Of a stretch of DNA of 64,000 nt, positions 47,701 to 64,000 are shown piece by piece. The DNA is from Salpingoeca rosetta (Eukaryota; Protista; Choanoflagellata): the NCBI GenBank assembly GCA_033442325.1, contig JAWQFM010000026.1:418311-482310 (forward strand), written 5' to 3'. The position numbers were made by a program, and so were the translations under genes. The notes beneath the pieces are model-generated. The model had not been told where the DNA came from. It saw only the letters and a list, made by a program, of their open reading frames with translations, and searched no databases. Position 1 is the first letter of the stretch, and each line of letters begins with the position of its first letter.

Positions 47701-49289
47701 CAGGTCTGGGGACGCGCCAATCTCCAGTCGCTCAAGTTCTGGCATCTGAAACAGGGAGGTCAGGTCGAGCTCCTTGGCGAAGTGGTTGAGGAAGTACAGC
47801 TCGCGCAGCGCAGGCATGCCCGTCACATCTGGCAGGGCGGTGATGCGGTTGTCATGCAGACGGAGAGACTTGAGCTGCGTGAGGTTGAGGCGGGGCACGT
47901 GCTTGAGGTTGTTGAAGCTGGCGGAGAAGTGCCTGAGGCTGGACAGGCCATGCAGGATGTCGGGGTCGATGGTGTTGATGTCATTGTTGCTCAGGTCGAG
48001 GATACGCAAGGCCTCGTGCTTGTTGACAGGCGGGATGGCCTCAAGCTTGTTGTCCTGAAGGCTGAGGTTTTCGAGAGCTGGTGCGCGGTTGACGATTGCT
48101 GCGTCGAAGGTGTCAGCGCCGCAGCCGACGGCCAGGAGCCTTGTCAGGTGCGGCATGTGTTCAGGGAACATGTCCGCTTTGAACTTCTTCAGCCTGTTGT
48201 GGGAAACAATCAGCTCTTGCAGTTGCGTGAGCGGGGTGAGTGAAATGGAGGCCAGGAAGTTGCGGCGAAGGAGAAGCTGTTGCAGGGCGGTGGTGAAGCG
48301 AAAGTGCTCGTCGCGGAGCTCCTCCAAGGCAGTGAAGGTCACGTTGAGGAAGGTGAGGCTGTGGGTGTTGTGGAAAAGAGTGGTGGGCAGGGATTTGATG
48401 GGGGACCCGCCAAAGGAGAGGTTCTGCAGCGCCGACTGCGACTGGAAAAGGCCGGGGTCAAGCTCCACCATGTCGTTGGCAAAGAGGTCAAGCGACTCCA
48501 ACTGTGAGAGCGCATGAAATGTCTGGTTGTGGAGGTTTGTGAGTTGGTTGTATGCGAGGTCGAGGACCTTGAGCTGTGTTTGCGATTGAAATGCCGTCTG
48601 TGCGAGGGAGGTGAGCTGGTTGTTGAGGAGGCTCAAGGTATGCAGCTGCGTCATGCCGTGGAAGAGGTCGCTGCCTATCTCGCGCAGGCGGGTGTTGATG
48701 ACGGTGAAACGAATCAGGTGCGCTGCGCGGTGGAAGGCGGGTGCTGCTGCGTCGTCAGCGGCGGCATCCGTGTTGGTGTTGGTGTCCGTGTTGGTGCCCG
48801 TGTTGGTGTTGGTGTCGGTGCTCTCGATGCTGACGAGGCTGCCGCCATCAATGTCGAGGGCGGTGAGGGAGTTGAGCGGGTTGAGTTGGTTGAGGTACAG
48901 GAAGGGGGATGAGACGTTGCGGATGCTGAGGGTCTGCACACTCGACCAAACGGCATCGCTGCTGTCGCAGGTGGTGCTGTCAACATCTGCCTGTTCCACC
49001 TTGCTGAGGATATCGGCCAACTTTGGAAGCGGCACGGGTCCTTGGATGACGAGGGTGTGAGGTTGGATGGCGCACATAGCTGATGCGATGTTCACCGGTG
49101 CATTGGGGCCGATCGTGTCTGCTGCCAACAAGCCTTCTTCCCAGGCCTCCAATACGAGGGCGTCGTATGGGGCTTCCGTTTGCGGTGGCACGCAGGTGTT
49201 GTTGAGGAGCTGGGCCACATGGCACTTGAGTGTGCGACCGAGGGGCACATCATCAACGGCGCGTGCCACACGCTGCCGAGGGTGTGTGG

Positions 49290-49381
<92 letters not shown>

Positions 49382-49761
49382 GCCGAGTGGGATGGTTCTG
49401 AAGGTGGAGATGGTTTGTCGGGAGAAGTCTCGGCGCCTGCCGTGAACGATGTTGAGGTTCCAGCACAGAGGACGTCGAGGGAGCGCTGTAGGGCCGCGAA
49501 AAGGCTCAAGTCTGCATCGGCATCACTGATGCGCGTGGAGTGAAGCTGCTTCAGGGTCGTGTGCGCGCTCATGCATGCGTGCACGTGCTGCTGACACTGT
49601 GGGTCTCTGCCACTACTGCCACTACTGCCACAACACGTTCTGGTTGACGTCGTTGAGGAGGTGGCGTGCACGACCGTACTCCTACTCGACGCCACGGCAA
49701 GCATGAACAGCAGCATTGCCGCGGCCATGGGCAATGCCACAACCCGCAATCGCGATGACAT
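44758..49761 (-). CDS. LRR receptor-like protein kinase (TKL group); exons 49761-45881, 45605-45097, 44876-44758
   Basis: Signal MSSRLRVVALPMAAAMLLFMLAVASS; poly-Thr; canonical extracellular LRRs (LKVLDLAYNQLTNL); EGF-like CGCATGY...C; TM LAVLLTVLVAALVQGAAFLVY; kinase VAVK, HRDLKSGN, DFG, GTPLYMAPE, DVFSYG, CMTQDPEQRPTF. Confidence 0.93.
49288..49381 (-). repeat. Coding (ACA)n repeat giving a poly-Thr tract of about 31 residues
   Basis: Perfect tgt run on the plus strand, in frame within the kinase ectodomain. Confidence 0.9.
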
Positions 49762-50395
49762 TGTCCTTGGCCAGCGGGGGCGACAACACGCCAGTGAAAC
49801 ACGCCCCGGTGTCCTGCTGTCCTGATGTCCGAGGGGGTGGTTGCTGTGCTGATGTCCTGAGGTGGCTGTTGGAGAAACACACAAGCCAACCTTCGGATTG
49901 TGGAAAGGTGGTGGAAAATATGGAGAATACTGCGCGGGAGGACAACTGCGGAGATGGCCGCCACCACGGAAACAAAGAAGGAAGGGATGGATGGAAGCAT
50001 GTAATGCAAATGCGCTGGCTGGTGGCGTGCTCTTTGGCATTTTGGTTTTGTTTGTTCTGGTCATCACGTCATGTTTCATGTTTATGTATATGTGCAAATC
50101 AACGAGAGCAAACAAGACAAGGAAGGCATGGCAAGCAAGCAGCCAACCGTTCTGTTCACAGGGGAAGGGTCTGCAAGAAAGTGTGCGAGGAGTGTGTACA
50201 AAGAAAAGAAGAAAGGAAACACGGCCATCATGGTGGCAGTGGTGTAACAGGCTGTACATACAAAGTAAATGTGTACAACGCACGATATCACGCACGCACA
50301 CACACACACACACACACACACAACACACAGCACACAGAGCACACACAGCACACAGCACACTGACACACACAGAGCACGCACATCACGCACGGTAA

Positions 50396-51016
50396 TCACT
50401 GCGACGACTTCTTGTCTTTGATGACAACGTTGGTAAAGTACTGGGGCGGCAGGATGCCGGTGGATCCAAGGCCAGGGGAAAGGACGACGTTGTTGGAGCT
50501 GACGAAGAAGGGAATGCCGTCACGTAGGCACTTGGCAAGGTCGATGTAGACAAACGCGGTGCAGGACTTGCGCATGCCGCTCTTGACCTCCTGATCCCCA
50601 GGCAGGCCCGTGGCAAAGTGGATGTGTCTGCGTCGCATGCGGCTGAGGCCCTCGCGCTTGATCACGGGCACGAGCTTGGCATACGTGCCATGCACGACGA
50701 CGGGGAACTTGGAGGCGTCTGTGATTGCCGTGAGCAGCTGCGACTCATCCGCCACCTTGATGGTGTGTCCTTGTGCTGCGCGGATGCGAAGGCCCGTCGG
50801 GCCCGTGCCCGGAAGCAGGACAAACCGCTGCTTCGGGCATGTTTCCACGATGTGTTTGATCTCCTTGGAGGAGAGCCCTTTCAGCTGCGGCCTCCTCAGC
50901 AAGTCCTCCAGTGCCACGGAGCCGTCCGGGGCCATTGACACGCCTTCCTTTTGTGCTCCATGCCGCAGTACATACGACAAGTACTTTGAGGTCTTGATCC
51001 TGGCTGACTCTTCCAT
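50396..51016 (-). CDS. TRPT1: tRNA 2'-phosphotransferase (Tpt1/KptA family), 206 aa, no coding introns
   Basis: SKYLSYVLRHGA, KQRF, IRAAQGHT, VVHGT, GLSRMRRRHIHFA, SGMR, SSNNVVLSPG: all hallmark Tpt1 motifs. Confidence 0.95.
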   Translation of the reverse strand: MEESARIKTSKYLSYVLRHGAQKEGVSMAPDGSVALEDLLRRPQLKGLSSKEIKHIVETCPKQRFVLLPGTGPTGLRIRAAQGHTIKVADESQLLTAITDASKFPVVVHGTYAKLVPVIKREGLSRMRRRHIHFATGLPGDQEVKSGMRKSCTAFVYIDLAKCLRDGIPFFVSSNNVVLSPGLGSTGILPPQYFTNVVIKDKKSSQ

Positions 51017-51031
51017 AGCAAATGGTCAGTC

Positions 51032-51170
<139 letters not shown>

Positions 51171-51349
51171 TAGTGGGTGGAAAGATGGCAGTAGGTGTGG
51201 GAGCGAGGCAATGAGAATGAGTGAAGGTTAATGTGTGTCTGTGCGTCCTTGTACACTTGTACAGATGTGTATGTGCATGGGGAGCAATGTCGTTGGCGAC
51301 AAAGCAAGCAAACGAACACAAGAGAACAGTGTACGCCAATAGCAGTAAC

Positions 51350-51443
51350 GAACCGCAAACTCCTTGTAAAATCCCGTGGCTGAGTTGAGGGCGTCGCGCT
51401 CCTTCAAAGACCCGCTGTAACAGAACACACACACACACACATG

Positions 51444-51533
<90 letters not shown>

Positions 51534-53051
51534 GCATGCACAAGTGGTGATGGCAGGGTGAGTGCAGCAAACTGCGACGTGAAGGGAGACACCACATCGC
51601 ACACCCGCTCGCTTGCTTGCACGCATGCAGCGGCGTGTTTTGTATTTTGGGGGGGGGGGGAGAGGGTCGTACATTGGGTTTGGCGGCTGCGTGTCGGGAA
51701 TGGCGCCAGGCCCAATGGAGGGACGGCCAGTCTGGTGCAAGGGAGTGTAGACATGGTGATGTGGGCATGAAGGTGAGGCAAAGAGAGATGCTTGACTGCG
51801 CCACTGCAGGTGTCGTGCAACCCGTGCAGTCAAACAAACAAACAAACAAACAAAAAAACATAACCAACCAAACAAACAAAACAAGCAACCAAACGAACAA
51901 AAAAACAAACAAACAAACAAACAAACAAACAAAAGAAACCAACCAACCGAACAAAAAAAAACAAACAAACAAAACAAAACAAACAAACAAACAAACACGT
52001 GTGTGCACCTGGAAGACGGAGATGCGGCCGCCGATTCCGCCCATGAGGAGACGGGCGGCCTTGAGGACGGCGCCCGTGCACGTGTCGCTCGACAGCGGAC
52101 GCGCGTGCATGTCCGGGATGGACTCAAGCAGCGACTTGACAAGCTGCAAGGGGTTTCGGGGAGGGGTTGGTGATTGGTGATTGGTGATTGATAATTGGTG
52201 ATTGGTGAGAGACACATGCGCTTGCGGTGTCGTGTGAAGTGATGTGGGTTGCGCCAATGTTGTAAAAGAAAGCAAACTGCAGTTGCAACAACAACCCACA
52301 ACAGCCACAACAACCACGCCACGCCACCGCAGGTTACAGCACCACGATGACCACCGCGCACCTCCTTTGAGTCGTTGAGGGAGACAAGGAGGTCTTCCAT
52401 GGAATACGGCAGGAATGGGTCGTCAATGTCCGTCATCACGAGCTTCTGCGGCTGCGCCAACTTCTCCTGCAGCAGGCAACACGGTGGCGATGAAGTGGTG
52501 ATGGGTGATAATGATGGTGATGGTGATGATGGTGGTATTGTGAATAGTGCGCCTCAAGCGAAGACGATGGTTGGAGAGAAGGTGTTCACAACACACACAC
52601 ACACACAGCACACCACACACACACAGCACACAAGCAAAGTGCAGCTCATTCGAGGCAGCAGCAATGGGGCAACTGACGTTGAGGTTGTAAAAGTGGACGG
52701 TGTTGTCAAAGGTGATGATGGCGACACGCGTGCGCTCATCGCCAGTCAGGCGGTCCAGGTTCTCCAGCAGCGCCTTGCACACCGCCGCCACCATCCCAGA
52801 CACCACCGCAGGCGACGACACGTCGATGCAGAACGCAAACACGCACGGCTGGGGCGGCCGCACCTGGTGGTAGTGGTGGTGGTGGCGGTGGTGGTGGTTT
52901 GAGAAGAAGCAGTGTTGGGGAAGGGTAAGGGCGTGTGTGCATGGACATATGGATGAATGGACGGGTGGAAGTGGGAGTCAACAATGGGGACAAAGGCGGG
53001 AGATGCGTTGAGTTTGTGTAAAGGTCGGTGGCGATCACCCACATGAGGACG

Positions 53052-53141
<90 letters not shown>

Positions 53142-53760
53142 CATACACACATGCCAGCAACACGCAGCTCGGTCACACCAGCCTCTACGACAATCAGCCG
53201 CATGTGCGCCACCACTGAGAGCGCACCATGTAGTCTGACGGCGCAATGTACTCGACAGAGGCCGTGTTGAGATCGGGCCGTCCCGCTCGGTCGACGAGCT
53301 CTCCTGCTCGCATTGGCGCACAGCAGCGCATGCACGTGAGACAATGTGAAGAAAAGCGTGTGCGTGGTGTGTGCGCGCGCGCGTGTGTGTGTATGTGTGT
53401 GATGGTAAAGGGTGGGTTGTTTGGCCCTTGCTGCATACACCCAGCGCACGCAGCAACACAAAACAAAGCATGCGGGTTGATCGCACACAAACAAACGAAC
53501 GAGCAAACACATGCACACAATCGCCACTCCATGCCTCACCCTTGACGCGGTCGTAGAAAAAGTCCTGGGGAATGTCGTTGACATATTGGCACAGGTTGCA
53601 GCGCCACCGCGCACCTGCCGAGGCAAAGATGGATGGTTGGATGGATGGATGGTTGCATGAGCGCGTGGTTGCATGAGTTGCATTGGTTGGATGTAACAGC
53701 AAACAGAAGGACAATAACATGTACACACACACGCACACACGCGCACACACACACACACGC

Positions 53761-53796
<36 letters not shown>

Positions 53797-55315
53797 GCAC
53801 TCGACACGAATCGTGGCGGTGCAATTCACACGGCAACCAGACAAGACCTTGGCCGATGAAGGAGATGAACGGGTTGATGTACGTGCGGCAGCTGCGGCAG
53901 CGGACAATGGGGAGACCACTCATCACCGGCACATCCTGCAGAGCAGTCGACAAACGAGTGGACAGTGGCAGGGTGGTAAGCTTTTTGTCAACGCACGCGT
54001 TACGTGGTACCACATATACTCACACACGTGTACATACACAACATGCAGCATACACACAATACATACACACGCAACACACACATACACGCACAATACATAC
54101 ACACAATACACACACCACGCCACATGCACAGCGCACCTCGCCAAAGGGGTTGAGGTGGAGGGCGAGTGGGAGGCGGCACTGCGAGAGCAGCGACGATGTC
54201 TCCGGCATGGCGTTGATCGTCGCCCGCATGAACTTCGGGTCGCAGTTGGCCCGCCGCTGCGAGTCAGACAGCGGCTGCGCACGTGGCGGCCGCGCGGGTG
54301 CTGCCGGCAGTATGTTGCGCTGCCCCAGGATGTTTGTCGGCGCGTCTGCACGCGTGGGCGCAGTCTGGTTCATGACGGGGTGCGCGCCTGTGGATGCGGA
54401 CATGCGGCGGGCAGGGCCTTGTGCACCCGGGTCTGGCTGGGCCGAGAACAGCGGCGGCGGCGGCAACGACGTCTGCACGCTTGGCGGCTGGCTTGTTGGT
54501 GGCTGCTGCGTGAAGGCGGCGGCACCAGGCTGGGGCGCGGGCGCCGTTGTTGGTGGTGGCGGCGGTGGTGCTGCTGTCGTTGGTGCCGCTGTTGCTGAGT
54601 GCGACATTGGCGGCGGGTGGAAGACGGGTGGCTGTACATGCAGCGGCGGTGGCATCATGGATGCGGTTGCTGTTGCTGTTGCTGTTGTCGTCGCCGTGGG
54701 CGGTTGTGACATGGGTGGAGGTTGAGACATGGGTGGTGGCTGTGACAGCGGTGGGGGTTGAGACAGCGGTGGGGGTTGAGACAGCGGTGGGGGTTGAGAC
54801 ATGGTTGGAGGTTGAGACATGGTTGGAGGCTGTGACATGGTTGGAGGCTGTGACATGGTTGGAGGCTGCGACATGGTTGGAGGCTGCGACATTGGCGGAG
54901 GCTGAGACATGGGTGGGGGTTGCGACATGGATGGTGGTTGCGACATTGGCGGAGGTGGCTGTGCCATTCGCGGTGGTTGCGATGCAGAAGCAAGTGTGGG
55001 AGGTGGCATGGTGGGAGGTGCGCTGTAGCCGTTGCTTCCCGCGCTTGTGCTGAACGTGGGTGGCGCTGAGAGGCCGCCATTCGTTGCCGGCGGACGCGGC
55101 TGTGATGTGCTGGTGGTGGGAGGCATCTTGTAGCTGTTGCCGCCGCTGTAGCTGTTGCCGAGAGGTGGGGGCTGGAGCGGTGGGGGAGCAAGGGTCCCAG
55201 AGAGCGGAGGCGGCTGGAGCGGTGGTGCCGCTGCTGTTGTGGTCGTCGGTTGTGACTGGGCTGGCTGAGGCGGGAATCCCGTCGGCGGTGGCGCGTGTGG
55301 TGGTGGGAATGACAT
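51350..55315 (-). CDS. SEC24: Sec24 5' half (inverted copy, ends in the intron after ...GFYKEFA); partial gene or mis-oriented contig
   Basis: Reverse complement of 56329-60870. Exons are intact: Pro-rich N-terminus, NCDPKFMRAT...LPLALHLNPF, Zn finger IVRCRSCRTYINPF/WRCNLC, trunk domain FCIDVS...IITFD. There are no downstream Sec24 exons on this strand. Confidence 0.75.
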
Positions 55316-56187
55316 GATGGATTGTGTACGTCTCCTTCACACACAAACTCTCTCTCACTTCCTTCTGCCGCGTCGCTGCGTTGGTTATGGGTTGTATGTA
55401 TGTGTGTGTGTGTGTTGTCAGTGAGTGTTGTTCACGGACACGCACAAGCAACCAAGCGGCGTAGAATGTGGAATGTGAGCGTGCGTGTGCATGTGCAAGT
55501 GTGTATGTGTGTGTATGTGTGTGTGTGTGTGCAAATGCGTGAGAGAATGTGCACAATTGTGTGCGGATGTGACGCCAAGGCACAGACAGCCAAAGCAAAT
55601 GAGCACGGTTGGCAATCGATCATGCTTCCCCTTCCTCCTTCACAACCCACTCACACGCACACACACGTCCACACACACACACACACACACATCCACGTAT
55701 CGACGCATCCACTCACTCCAACGTCCAACGCACTCACACCTCGATTTCACAGCGGCTGCTGTCTTGCTTGCTTGCTGTCTTGCTTGCTTGCTTGCTGCTT
55801 CCGCCCCACAAAAACCACAGGAAACGAAAATCAATCAACATCTTCATACAATATTCAGCACTTCGGTAACACACGACAAACAGTGGTGGCTGCCGTCAGT
55901 GCAGCACGTCTCTGCGCATACTGCTGTGTAACAACAGCCAACAGCCAATAGCCAGCAAGCAAGTGTGCGTGGTTGTGCCGTGTTGGCTTGTCCCTCGTCT
56001 CCTTTCTTGTGCCTCATTTTCCCCCGCTTCAGCAACCCAGCACCACATTTATTGTTGTCACTGTTGTCACATCACTGTTTCGTCGGAAGAACCAACACAG
56101 CAGTCATTGACAAACACGCAGTTATCCAGCACCGCACTTCCTGTTATTATTGATCTATCTATCGATACACCTATTGCCAACCCAGCA

Positions 56188-56226
<39 letters not shown>

Positions 56227-56228
56227 AC

Positions 56229-56328
56229 NNNNNNNNNNNNNNNNNNNNNNNNNNNNNNNNNNNNNNNNNNNNNNNNNNNNNNNNNNNNNNNNNNNNNNNN
56301 NNNNNNNNNNNNNNNNNNNNNNNNNNNN
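56229..56328. other. Assembly gap (100 N)
   Basis: N run immediately after a (TC)n tract. Confidence 1.
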
Positions 56329-56590
56329 TGGCGTCACATCCGCACACAATTGTGCACATTCTCTCACGCATTTGCACACACACACACACATACACACACA
56401 TACACACTTGCACATGCACACGCACGCTCACATTCCACATTCTACGCCGCTTGGTTGCTTGTGCGTGTCCGTGAACAACACTCACTGACAACACACACAC
56501 ACACATACATACAACCCATAACCAACGCAGCGACGCGGCAGAAGGAAGTGAGAGAGAGTTTGTGTGTGAAGGAGACGTACACAATCCATC

Positions 56591-64000
<7,410 letters not shown>

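Noticed and set aside
49762-50370. N-terminal 200 aa of the 1501-aa ORF
   Set aside because: Low-complexity upstream sequence. The signal peptide indicates a start at 49761.

Overview
Eukaryotic, intron-rich genomic DNA. GC-rich exons are separated by short GT-AG introns packed with (CA)n/(GT)n, (CAAA)n and (TC)n microsatellites. Gene content and style suggest a choanoflagellate such as Salpingoeca rosetta (inference, not verified). Most ORFs in the supplied track are microsatellite artefacts. After manual splicing I find, left to right: (1) a very large NO VEIN/sacsin-like GHKL ATPase gene (minus, runs off the left edge); (2) a small 3-exon hypothetical gene; (3) an intronless F-box-like/LRR gene; (4) a GDP-mannose-3,5-epimerase + two glycosyltransferase + membrane-anchor fusion; (5) a Cys-repeat/DUF5011 Ig-like single-pass surface receptor; (6) a 90-aa Cys-rich protein; (7) a membrane-anchored multidomain tyrosinase (Kunitz, GYD repeats, VWC, Kazal); (8) an LRR receptor-like TKL kinase; (9) Tpt1/TRPT1; (10) Sec24, present as an inverted pair (truncated minus copy, continuing plus copy) around three N gaps. 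The most interesting items are the tyrosinase carrying its own Tyr-rich repeats, the epimerase-GT-GT fusion, and a microsatellite-bounded inversion that explains the Sec24 duplication. Exon boundaries were read by eye and may be off by a few bases.
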